IMG/VR virus record: IMGVR_UViG_3300025594_000002
Direction: 5' to 3' (one strand)
Origin: a virus
Length of the DNA: 39,420 bases
In this document: piece after piece, positions 6,276-13,391 of the stretch
Layout of the letters: each line of letters starts with the position of its first letter
Numbering within the stretch: position 1 is the stretch's first letter
Translations under genes and position numbers: made by a program
The notes under the pieces: generated by a model
Told to the model about the DNA's origin: nothing
Database searches by the model: none
What the model saw: the letters and a program-made list of their open reading frames with translations, nothing else

Positions 6276-7597
6276 TTTTTATCTCCAAGTACTTTGTATT
6301 TTTCCATTATGGCGCGTTGCCTTTTTGCTTGTGTGTGAGTTGGCTGTAATCCCATATACTTGCACGTGTGGTCATTCTTTAAGATTGTTATTGCAAATCT
6401 TTTCCAGCTTGTAACGTTGCTGTTGTTTTTCTTCATCCCGTCAACATGGTCAGGCGGAACAGGTATTCTAACTCTTAGCAGGCTTTTAGACCCGTGAGGG
6501 GTTAGCCCGTTTATGTTAAACCTGACCCCATTTTTTGAAAGTTCACTTATTGTTTCATTATCTAGGCCGCGCCCCACTCTTGCCCAATATTTTATAGATT
6601 GAACGAAGCGAATTTTAAAATTTTCAGCAGACTCTTTAGGTAATGTCTCAAGAAGAAACTTAACAAAAGACTTCCACGTATGACCTTTAGGTAGGCTTAC
6701 ACTCTTGTAATCTAACTGTTTTCCATATGTTGCTACAAAATTTGCACCTTGAACCCTAGCGCAAAGTCTAGCCCATATATGCGGGTTTATAACTCGGTAC
6801 AAACTTAAACTTCCTTTTGCTTCACTCATAAACGGTGATGCAACCCTCATTGAATGAAGTGGTATTCCTGCTTTGTAAAAAATGTCGTAAAGCTCATTGT
6901 AGTTCCATTCAAACTTGTCATTAGCTATCCAAACATCCTCTGTTTTCCAATCGTAAACAGGATAAACATTGTAAGTGTGTTCGGTATTCTTTTTTGTCCA
7001 CGGCTTACCGTCGACCATTTGTTTTCTTTCGTTCATTATCGCTCTGAAGCGGTTTAGGCTTTCCTGGGTTCTAATCCCTATCATATTCGCGCAAGACTTG
7101 CCTTGACTGTACCATTCAGCGAACATATCCCAAAAATGGTCATACTGCATATCTTCTTCAAACAAATCACCAAATGGATGGTTATCTATATTCACAATAT
7201 AATCATCTTCAAACATCGGCCTTATCCATCTATGCTTGTCTCTTTCGCCCCAACACTGCCAATCCATGTGATACGCGGAAACTGTGCAAGGTAATGTTAT
7301 TGGTAGACAGCACCAATATATATCTAAAACGTCGCGGTTATCTCTCATCATTTCGTGCATAAACTTGATCGATTCATCATAGTTAGCTTCGTTATCCATT
7401 ATCTGAATGCCAAGCTTTCTCCCGTTTATTACGTCTGGATTTTCTTTCATGTACTTAATCGCTAAATTAAGCATTACACCAGAATCCTTTCCGCCAGAAA
7501 AAGAAAGATAAACCCTTTCAAAATTCCTCCAAGTAAAGTCGATACGCTCATAGGCAGCATCAAAAACATTTTTATTTTTATCCCACACCCTTTTCAT
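6272..7597 (-). CDS. ibrA: PAPS-reductase-family PP-loop protein with a long C-terminal extension (IbrA-like, DUF3440-type).
   Basis: 441 aa. PP-loop SFSGGKDS near the N-terminus. The C-terminal region with SWKRFAITILKNDHTCKYMGL is typical of IbrA-like proteins. Strong RBS AGAGGTGA. Confidence 0.8.
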   Translation of the reverse strand: MKRVWDKNKNVFDAAYERIDFTWRNFERVYLSFSGGKDSGVMLNLAIKYMKENPDVINGRKLGIQIMDNEANYDESIKFMHEMMRDNRDVLDIYWCCLPITLPCTVSAYHMDWQCWGERDKHRWIRPMFEDDYIVNIDNHPFGDLFEEDMQYDHFWDMFAEWYSQGKSCANMIGIRTQESLNRFRAIMNERKQMVDGKPWTKKNTEHTYNVYPVYDWKTEDVWIANDKFEWNYNELYDIFYKAGIPLHSMRVASPFMSEAKGSLSLYRVINPHIWARLCARVQGANFVATYGKQLDYKSVSLPKGHTWKSFVKFLLETLPKESAENFKIRFVQSIKYWARVGRGLDNETISELSKNGVRFNINGLTPHGSKSLLRVRIPVPPDHVDGMKKNNSNVTSWKRFAITILKNDHTCKYMGLQPTHTQAKRQRAIMEKYKVLGDKK

Positions 7598-7618
7598 ACA
7601 TCACCTCTATTAAGTTGT

Positions 7619-7747
7619 TTATAAGCCTTCTGGTATGCCGTTAATTTCATGCAGCATAGCTTTGATATATTCCTGCGCTGCTTCAACGTCTAAGTCACAG
7701 TTAACAATACATTCATATGCGTCATCTAGTGTTAATTCGAATTTCAT
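7619..7747 (-). CDS. Small acidic hypothetical protein (42 aa).
   Basis: Hand-translated as MKFELTLDDAYECIVNCDLDVEAAQEYIKAMLHEINGIPEGL. It fills the gap in the gene chain, with GGGGT upstream. Confidence 0.4.
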   Translation of the reverse strand: MKFELTLDDAYECIVNCDLDVEAAQEYIKAMLHEINGIPEGL

Positions 7748-7767
7748 AACCTACCCCATTTTATTAA

Positions 7768-7974
7768 TTAATATAAAATCCATTCAACAAATATATTCGC
7801 CTTCGTCTGCCTTATGCGTGTATAACCGTCTTGGTTTTTATGTTGCATGTAAGTTCTAGTTGGTGCGCTGCCTACCCTTTCTTTTACGGTTCTCATGTAG
7901 TCGTATAAGTCCATTAGTAGCACCGGTTTTATTTCAAATTCATCATGTGGAAGTTTTAAACTAATTGTTTTCAC
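7768..7974 (-). CDS. Hypothetical early protein.
   Basis: 68-aa ORF whose start overlaps the upstream gene's 3' end. Confidence 0.55.
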   Translation of the reverse strand: MKTISLKLPHDEFEIKPVLLMDLYDYMRTVKERVGSAPTRTYMQHKNQDGYTRIRQTKANIFVEWILY

Positions 7975-8182
7975 TTTGCATTACCTCCTGCGTTGAACTC
8001 TGCTTATCTAAATATGCAGTGCCAAAATAACCAGCAGAGAGAATAATAATTAATAATACAACTCTAATTTGTCCGATGTGCTTCGCTATCCATAGGCCGG
8101 TCAATGATTTTCTGCCGCCTCTTCGTCTGTACATGTAATGCTCTTGCTTGTGGTTCATTGTGTTAGCCTTTAGTTGTTGCAT
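7961..8182 (-). CDS. Small membrane protein (one TM helix).
   Basis: 73-aa ORF. Basic N-terminus, then the hydrophobic stretch IRVVLLIIILSAGYFGTAYL. Confidence 0.55.
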   Translation of the reverse strand: MQQLKANTMNHKQEHYMYRRRGGRKSLTGLWIAKHIGQIRVVLLIIILSAGYFGTAYLDKQSSTQEVMQSENN

Positions 8183-8313
8183 TCTTTCTTATGCGCGGTT
8201 CGTATCATCTCGCTTACTATATCTTTGCGAGTCTTAACTAAGCTTTTGTTTGCTTTCCTGGTATCTACCAATTCAGCAAGTAAATTCATTTCGTAATTGT
8301 CTAACTTTACCAT
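8170..8313 (-). CDS. Small ribbon-helix-helix-like regulator (47 aa), first gene of the leftward operon.
   Basis: Hand-translated as MVKLDNYEMNLLAELVDTRKANKSLVKTRKDIVSEMIRTAHKKECNN. Beta-strand then two helices, the Arc/CopG pattern. Its position next to the palindromic operator fits a regulator. Confidence 0.45.
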   Translation of the reverse strand: MVKLDNYEMNLLAELVDTRKANKSLVKTRKDIVSEMIRTAHKKECNN

Positions 8314-8342
8314 TTTTGTGCCTTTAATTAGTTAACTTGAGC

Positions 8343-8357
8343 TAACTATAATAGTTA
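8343..8357. promoter_or_regulatory. 15-bp perfect palindrome TAACTAT-A-ATAGTTA. Candidate operator overlapping the -10 elements of both divergent promoters.
   Basis: Read directly. It lies in the centre of the divergent intergenic region. Confidence 0.5.
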
Positions 8358-8373
8358 ATTTAAAATAAATCAA
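8345..8373 (-). promoter_or_regulatory. Leftward early promoter (TTGATT-17 nt-TATAGT).
   Basis: On the minus strand, -35 is at 8373..8368 and -10 at 8350..8345, upstream of the RHH-like gene. Confidence 0.45.
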
Positions 8374-8381
8374 TTAAATAC

Positions 8382-8410
8382 TTGTAATTAATTTTAAGCT
8401 GGTCTAAAGT
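8382..8410 (+). promoter_or_regulatory. Rightward early promoter (TTGTAA-17 nt-TAAAGT).
   Basis: On the plus strand, -35 is at 8382-8387 and -10 at 8405-8410, about 30 nt upstream of the ATG at 8441. An alternative TATAAT at 8347-8352 lies inside the palindrome. Confidence 0.4.
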
Positions 8411-8440
8411 TTGGTTATCGAAATCGCAGAGGGTAAAATT

Positions 8441-8737
8441 ATGAATAAAGTAACAGATTACAACCACGCACATTCAATCAATCCTGATTCTGAGGAGCGC
8501 CCAAAAGAAGCGGTTATTGCCGCATATCGTGAAGTGTTCTTCGAGCTTGAAGTGGTAACAGTTGGCGGTATTGAAATAACACTAAATGACGTCTTAGCAG
8601 AAATATCCTTGAATGAATCAAATCAGCTTTTTACATTATCAATGCGCGGCGAGTCTGAAAAAGTAACTGAGCTAACTATTGAAATATTAACTAAACATGC
8701 TGAGAGTTTAATTATTGATGCTCTTGCAAGTAACTAG
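8441..8737 (+). CDS. Hypothetical early protein.
   Basis: ATG at 8441 with AGAGGG 7 nt upstream. The track's 8411 start is a TTG without an RBS. Confidence 0.65.
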   Translation: MNKVTDYNHAHSINPDSEERPKEAVIAAYREVFFELEVVTVGGIEITLNDVLAEISLNESNQLFTLSMRGESEKVTELTIEILTKHAESLIIDALASN

Positions 8738-8746
8738 GGGAAGGTT

Positions 8747-8929
8747 ATGAAAATACATGCTAGTGGTAAAGTTTTAATTGAAGGTAATGGTGCGGAGGCA
8801 ATTATTAATGCAGAGATTTCGAGGCCAGATCTTTTGATTGACGAAATCATCAACGAAAAAGGCATTGGCTATGTTCTTAATGCAATCGGTAGCGTTGCAA
8901 TTTTGGAATATTTAACGAGTAAGGGGTGA
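8747..8929 (+). CDS. Hypothetical early protein.
   Basis: 60-aa ORF with RBS GGGGAAGG. Confidence 0.55.
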   Translation: MKIHASGKVLIEGNGAEAIINAEISRPDLLIDEIINEKGIGYVLNAIGSVAILEYLTSKG

Positions 8930-8932
8930 TTT

Positions 8933-9634
8933 ATGAGTAATTTAGCGTTTTGGGATGAAGTCGAAACAACAGACCCAAAGTATACTAAACCTGCAAAAGT
9001 AGGCGGGCAGCAAAGAACATCTGTTGATGCGCAGTACAAAAAGAAAATGATAACCAAGGCTTTTGGCATGTACGGATTGGGATGGGGTGTTATAGCAGGC
9101 AGTGAGATATACGAGAGAGTTCACTTTGAAGGAAGTACTTGTATATTGAATTATCAAGCAACCGCATTTTATAACTATGGTGGTGAAAAAGCTGAGTTTC
9201 CTATCGCGTCACAAATTAAAGAGGCTTATATAACAAATGGTGGTAAAGGTTATTTGAAAGTTGATGATGAAGCCGTAAAGAAGGTAAGGACTGACGCGCT
9301 AACAAAGGCATTTACTGACTTAGGGTTTTGCGCTGATATACATATGGGTAAATTTGACGATCAGGATTATGTTCACGGCGCTGAAATGTCAGCAAGACTA
9401 AAAGAATCTGAAGAAAAAGAAGAGAAACAACGCGAACAACACAAAAAGATAGGCGAATGGCTAGTCAAAGAAGTTGAGTCAGCAAAGGCTATAAGTAACA
9501 TTGCAGGATTTGAAAAGGCAATATTGAGAATTAAGCAGAAGGCTATAACGCGCTGCCAATTTGGTGGGTTTGCTAGCAAGGGTTTTGAGACTAAATTAGA
9601 TAAAGCAATCGAGGACAGAAAAAATGAAAAATGA
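8933..9634 (+). CDS. Putative single-strand annealing protein (Rad52/Sak-like, DUF1071-type).
   Basis: 233 aa. N-terminal FWDEVETTDPKYTKP...TSVDAQY..ITKAFGMYGLGWG and VRTDALTKAFTDLGFCADIHMGKFDD resemble phage SSAPs. Lies next to the SSB gene. Confidence 0.5.
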   Translation: MSNLAFWDEVETTDPKYTKPAKVGGQQRTSVDAQYKKKMITKAFGMYGLGWGVIAGSEIYERVHFEGSTCILNYQATAFYNYGGEKAEFPIASQIKEAYITNGGKGYLKVDDEAVKKVRTDALTKAFTDLGFCADIHMGKFDDQDYVHGAEMSARLKESEEKEEKQREQHKKIGEWLVKEVESAKAISNIAGFEKAILRIKQKAITRCQFGGFASKGFETKLDKAIEDRKNEK

Positions 9635-10619
9635 AATAGTTATATTTAAGGATTTAACAACTGAAGAAAAACTTCAGGAAATTGAAAAGCAGTCTGAGAA
9701 ATACAAAGGGCTTATTGTTGATATGAACAAGCCAGCAGAGCGCAAAAATGTTAAGGATAGCGCTTCACTAATTAACGGTATACTGAAAACTATTGATAGA
9801 GCAAGAATTGATAAAGCTAAAGATTTTAAATCACAGGTAGAAGCTGAAGCGGAATTAATTAGAGCTAGACTTGAAAACGCAAATAAGCCACTAACAGCTT
9901 TAATTGACGCTCACGCAGAAGAGCAAAGAATAATACGCGAAGCTGAAAAGCAAAGGCAGGAAAGTATTGATCAAGCATTTGCTAAGTTAACAGACTCAGC
10001 TATGGAAGCTATCGGACAAACATCAACTGTAATCGAGACTATTATTGATGAAATACAAGACTACAGTTTTGACCCTCTTGTGTTTCAAGATAGAACAGAA
10101 GATGCCGTAAAAAAACAGCTTGAATTATTAGATAAACTAAACAATATGCTGAATGGTGCAATCGCACAAGAAGAAACCGAGACTAAGCTTGCCAAGCTTG
10201 CAGAAATGGAAGCGGCTCAGAAAAAAGCAGATGAAGAGACAGAGCAAGCTATTCGTGATGAAGGTATAAGAGCAAAAGCGCAAGCTGAAGCTCATCAGCG
10301 TAATGCAGAATTACTTGACCAGGCAAATAGACGCGAAGAGCAAGCCAAGCTAGACGCAGAGAAAGCCGCTAAACAAGCTGAGTTTGACAAGTTAGCAGCC
10401 ATCGAACAAGCCAAGAAAGACGCAGTAGCAGAGCAGCATAGAATTGCTGAAGTTGAAGCTGAGAGATTGCGCAAGCTAGAAGCCAACAAAAAGCACGCTG
10501 GTGCTGTTAGAGGCGAAATAAAAACCCACTTAATGCAAGAGTGCGGAATTGATGAAAAAACCGCTATAAGTGTCGTTAAGGCGTTACTTAAAACTGAACG
10601 TGTAACAATTAACTATTAA
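9624..10619 (+). CDS. Coiled-coil recombination-module protein (DUF1351-like).
   Basis: 331 aa, strongly helical and rich in E/K/A/Q. Lies between the SSAP-like gene and the SSB gene. Confidence 0.4.
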   Translation: MKNEIVIFKDLTTEEKLQEIEKQSEKYKGLIVDMNKPAERKNVKDSASLINGILKTIDRARIDKAKDFKSQVEAEAELIRARLENANKPLTALIDAHAEEQRIIREAEKQRQESIDQAFAKLTDSAMEAIGQTSTVIETIIDEIQDYSFDPLVFQDRTEDAVKKQLELLDKLNNMLNGAIAQEETETKLAKLAEMEAAQKKADEETEQAIRDEGIRAKAQAEAHQRNAELLDQANRREEQAKLDAEKAAKQAEFDKLAAIEQAKKDAVAEQHRIAEVEAERLRKLEANKKHAGAVRGEIKTHLMQECGIDEKTAISVVKALLKTERVTINY

Positions 10620-10636
10620 ACAAGGTAGGGCAAACA

Positions 10637-11104
10637 ATGAACAATTGGAATATTACAGGTAATTTAGGAAAGGATTGCAGGACTGCGCAAGTGGGGCAGC
10701 ATGCTGTCTGCAACTTCGCATTAGCGGTTAAATCTGGGTTTGGCGATAGACAACAAACGCTATGGGTTGATTGTGCGCTATGGGGCAAGCAAGCAGAATC
10801 TAAGCTAGTTCAATACCTGGTTAAAGGTCAGCAAGTGGCGCTGAGTGGTGAAGTTGGAACAAAAGAGCATGAAGGAAAGGTTTATCTAACTCTGAAGGTT
10901 TCATCAATTGATTTGATTGGTAGTGCTGGAAGCAATCAACAAGCGCCACAACAGCAGCAAAACAACCCGACATACCAGAAGCCGCAACAGCAGCAAGCGC
11001 CAGCACAATCCGAGCCAATGGTTAAGCCTGACTTTGATTTTGACGACGATGTCCCATTTGCGCCAATCGGTTTGCAGTATCGCGCAATATTAAACTGCAT
11101 GTAG
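10637..11104 (+). CDS. ssb: Single-stranded DNA-binding protein.
   Basis: OB-fold N-terminus (NITGNLGKDCR...WVDCALWGKQAE), a Q/P-rich linker and an acidic tip DFDFDDDVPF. Unusually, 14 more residues follow the tip. Confidence 0.88.
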   Translation: MNNWNITGNLGKDCRTAQVGQHAVCNFALAVKSGFGDRQQTLWVDCALWGKQAESKLVQYLVKGQQVALSGEVGTKEHEGKVYLTLKVSSIDLIGSAGSNQQAPQQQQNNPTYQKPQQQQAPAQSEPMVKPDFDFDDDVPFAPIGLQYRAILNCM

Positions 11105-11114
11105 GAGCTAAACC

Positions 11115-11294
11115 ATGACACATATGCAACAATTACCAGTAGAGGAAATCGCAAAGAGAATATTAAAAATTCGCAATCAAAGCGACACACCAAGAGATAA
11201 AGAACGTAGAGCTATGGAACACAAAATGAGTAAAGCTCGTGAGATCGAAATAATCAAAGAGAATAAGGCTATCTACGATGAACTTATTGGTTAA
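11115..11294 (+). CDS. Hypothetical small protein (59 aa).
   Basis: Hand-translated as MTHMQQLPVEEIAKRILKIRNQSDTPRDKERRAMEHKMSKAREIEIIKENKAIYDELIG. AGGAG lies 6 nt upstream. Confidence 0.55.
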   Translation: MTHMQQLPVEEIAKRILKIRNQSDTPRDKERRAMEHKMSKAREIEIIKENKAIYDELIG

Positions 11295-11420
11295 TTTAAT
11301 AAGTATCTTAAATATTTATGCTGTATTACTTGCGTTATTCGCATTCTTTGTTATGCTCTATGTTCTCGCTATTACTATTAATGACATAGAGCGGTTCTTT
11401 AAACTTAAATAGAGGTTACT

Positions 11421-11756
11421 ATGAATATAAATGATTTAACAATTGGGCAGGCGAAAGAATTATCTGGATTATTTAACTTAAATAGCAATAATCATGAGTC
11501 TCCGTTTAAAGTCGGGAAGGCTTACATGTTTAGAACGGTTACACATATACATGTTGGTATTGTAGAAGAAGTCCACGGGGATCTTGTTAGCACTTCAAGC
11601 GGTTCATGGGTTGCTGACACTGGGCTTTTTACTGAATTTCTTGAAACTGGCAAGGTTTCCGAAGTTGAGATGTTTTCTGGACGTTCTGGTGTAAATATAG
11701 GGGCGTTAGTTGATTGGGCGGAATGGGAAAACGAACTGTACAGGGAAAGAAAATGA
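11421..11756 (+). CDS. Hypothetical protein.
   Basis: 111-aa ORF with RBS AGAGG. Confidence 0.65.
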   Translation: MNINDLTIGQAKELSGLFNLNSNNHESPFKVGKAYMFRTVTHIHVGIVEEVHGDLVSTSSGSWVADTGLFTEFLETGKVSEVEMFSGRSGVNIGALVDWAEWENELYRERK

Positions 11757-11947
11757 ACGCAGCAATAATGTCTTGGTCTGGGTCTAAGTCTAGGTCTGGG
11801 TCTTGGTCTGGGTCTAAGTCTAGGTCTGGGTCTTGGTCTAGGTCTGGGTCTAGGTCCTGGTCTAGGTCTAGGTCTATGTCTAGGTCTAGGTCTATGTCTA
11901 GGTCTAGGTCTTGGTCTAGGTCTATGTCTGGGTCTAGGTCTGGGTAA
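11753..11947 (+). CDS. Ser-X dipeptide repeat protein (64 aa, extremely basic). Coding status uncertain.
   Basis: The ATG overlaps the upstream TGA (ATGA). MNAAIM is followed by 29 S-X dipeptides, X = W, G, K, R or M. Confidence 0.4.
   Translation: MNAAIMSWSGSKSRSGSWSGSKSRSGSWSRSGSRSWSRSRSMSRSRSMSRSRSWSRSMSGSRSG
11771..11944. repeat. 29 tandem hexanucleotide units (TCT-NGG / TCT-AAG / TCT-ATG).
   Basis: Read directly: tcttgg tctggg tctaag tctagg and so on. 28 of the 29 Ser codons are TCT. Confidence 0.9.
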
Positions 11948-12010
11948 AAGTGGAGTAAAATTATGAAAGACTAACTAAACGTGTAATGAGTAAATAACGA
12001 ATGCAAGTTA

Positions 12011-12246
12011 AGCTTACCCCGCTGCCTGCTTTGTTAATACCGCGCCCCTTAATTGGGGCTTTGTGGTGCAAATATTTAATTAACCATTAACTAAGAGGCA
12101 CCACGGACGGGTAAGTAAAGCAGAGGGGCCAACTGTAATGTATAGCCGAAACTCCTTGGCAGTTAATGTGCTGCAACCATGTTAACACGAACAGTTGATA
12201 TGCCATATGCAAAGCCGGCGGTTTAAATTCCGCTCATAGCCGAAAA
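12011..12246 (+). other. Helix-rich non-coding region (possible structured RNA or cis element) between the convergent operons.
   Basis: No ORF on either strand. Complementary pairs: cttaccc/gggtaag (12013-19 / 12109-15), ctgcttt/aaagcag (12026-32 / 12118-24), gcccc/ggggc, gtggtgc/gcaccac, caactgt/acagttg. Direct repeat ATAGCCGAAA x2. Confidence 0.3.
12044..12066 (+). terminator. Possible rho-independent terminator of the rightward operon.
   Basis: GCCCC-TTAATT-GGGGC followed by TTTGTGG. The stem is short (5 bp). Confidence 0.35.
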
Positions 12247-12368
12247 CCTGAGACGGTGGCGAAATATCAGGATTAACTTAACTAATAGAGGTGATTTATG
12301 CACTACGATGAACAGCGCGAAGAATTGGCGATTAAGGAAGATTTCAAGCCTTGTTTAATCTTGGCTAA

Positions 12369-12761
12369 TTACTGCTGCTTGAATGTTCTCATCATTTTTT
12401 CACCACCACGACTAACAACATAGCCGCCTAAACCAATCTGTAACAAAATCCATGCATCATCTGCCAGCCTAAACGTAAGCAAGCCAAACGAGTCACACAC
12501 GACTAAAGCCAAAAAGGTTAGCATTGTTATTGGTCGCCAGTTTCTTTGCATCCAGCTTTCACCTGTGGCCTCTGCTGTGATTATTTTAGTCTTACTGTCG
12601 AGTATCTTTGTTTCATACTCTAAAACCTTAGTGTGAAGCTCGTTTTCAAGCTTTGCTAATGCATTTGAAAGGATCAGCTTTTCTTCAGTGCTGGTGTGTA
12701 GGTCATCAACTAACTTTGCTGCTGGTGCGAATATCTCACCTATAAAGCTGAGTATGTTCAT
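12369..12761 (-). CDS. Holin, GTA-type 3-TM family.
   Basis: 130 aa. Coiled N-terminus, then ESWMQRNWRPITMLTFLALVV, typical of the 3TM holin family. It is the last gene of the lysis cassette. Confidence 0.6.
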   Translation of the reverse strand: MNILSFIGEIFAPAAKLVDDLHTSTEEKLILSNALAKLENELHTKVLEYETKILDSKTKIITAEATGESWMQRNWRPITMLTFLALVVCDSFGLLTFRLADDAWILLQIGLGGYVVSRGGEKMMRTFKQQ

Positions 12762-12762
12762 G

Positions 12763-13110
12763 TTATTTACTCCCGTTATGTTCTAGTGAGTAATGATTTC
12801 CATCACCTTTAGGGAATCTGCCACCCCATCTGCAAAGCGGGTGCAATGACTCCCAATAGACCCCGAATGGCTCATGCTCTTTATCTGTTTTGAATAACTC
12901 GCCATCTTTAAATATATTTAAATCAGCAGCTAACTTTAATTTGTGGCATGAATTTTTATGGCCATACCCTATATCTTCGCCTATATGGCCATGCATTCTA
13001 GGGTCGCGGAACCAATCGCCACCCCTAATCTCATGATCGCGTTCGTGTATGAAAAACATAAGCTTACATAGTAGACGGCTAAATAGCTCTTGCTTTTGGC
13101 CTAGGGTCAC
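12763..13110 (-). CDS. Endolysin, peptidase M15 (VanY / L-Ala-D-Glu peptidase-like).
   Basis: 115 aa. Zn-ligand motifs SCHKLKLAADL and GDGNHYSLEH. Confidence 0.75.
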   Translation of the reverse strand: MTLGQKQELFSRLLCKLMFFIHERDHEIRGGDWFRDPRMHGHIGEDIGYGHKNSCHKLKLAADLNIFKDGELFKTDKEHEPFGVYWESLHPLCRWGGRFPKGDGNHYSLEHNGSK

Positions 13111-13391
13111 TACTCTTTATCCCCGCGCTTAACCTCTAGCCTTTTAAAATAAATATCACACGCATTTTTTATGACTAACGAGGCCACCCCAATTGCAGGT
13201 ATGTATGCTAGCCAGTCTGGTGCAATTGCTGCGCATTGCTCTATTATTTCGTGATTAGTGTTTTTTGAGATAGTTTGCACCGTACCGCCACCAACTCCAG
13301 CACCTACGCCAAAGTACATAATAAGCTTACTTGTTAGCGGGTTTCCACTGTCACTAATCGCTTTTAGTCCGCTTGTTAATAGATCTCTCAT
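13110..13391 (-). CDS. Lysis-cassette membrane protein (holin/antiholin or spanin-like).
   Basis: I chose the start at ATG 13391 because it overlaps the upstream TGA (ATGA). There are two hydrophobic segments. The track extends the ORF to 13430. Confidence 0.5.
   Translation of the reverse strand: MRDLLTSGLKAISDSGNPLTSKLIMYFGVGAGVGGGTVQTISKNTNHEIIEQCAAIAPDWLAYIPAIGVASLVIKNACDIYFKRLEVKRGDKE

Noticed and set aside
7635-7859. 74-aa plus-strand ORF in the gap upstream of the IbrA-like gene.
   Set aside because: It lies antisense to two better-supported minus-strand ORFs (7619..7747 and 7768..7974). It has no RBS and a low-complexity S/I-rich sequence.
10936-11193. 85-aa minus-strand ORF (Cys-rich) overlapping the ssb 3' end.
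   Set aside because: It is an artefact of the CAG/CAA-rich linker of ssb read on the other strand, isolated on the wrong strand within the rightward operon.
8183-12000. Lysogeny module (integrase, CI repressor, excisionase) expected near the divergent promoters.
   Set aside because: None of the ORFs shows tyrosine or serine recombinase motifs or CI-like motifs. Only a small RHH-like protein is present, so the lifestyle cannot be called temperate from sequence alone.
12100-12260. tRNA or tmRNA gene in the non-coding convergent region.
   Set aside because: The only T-arm-like hairpin (gcgg-tttaaatt-ccgc) has a 4-bp stem and an 8-nt loop. No acceptor, D or anticodon arms could be assembled around it.
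12298-12423. 41-aa plus-strand ORF with a good RBS (AGAGGTGA), translated as MHYDEQREELAIKEDFKPCLILANYCCLNVLIIFSPPRLTT.
   Set aside because: Its last 55 nt overlap the 3' end of the holin gene on the opposite strand, and the C-terminal half looks like antisense read-through. Kept only as a possibility.
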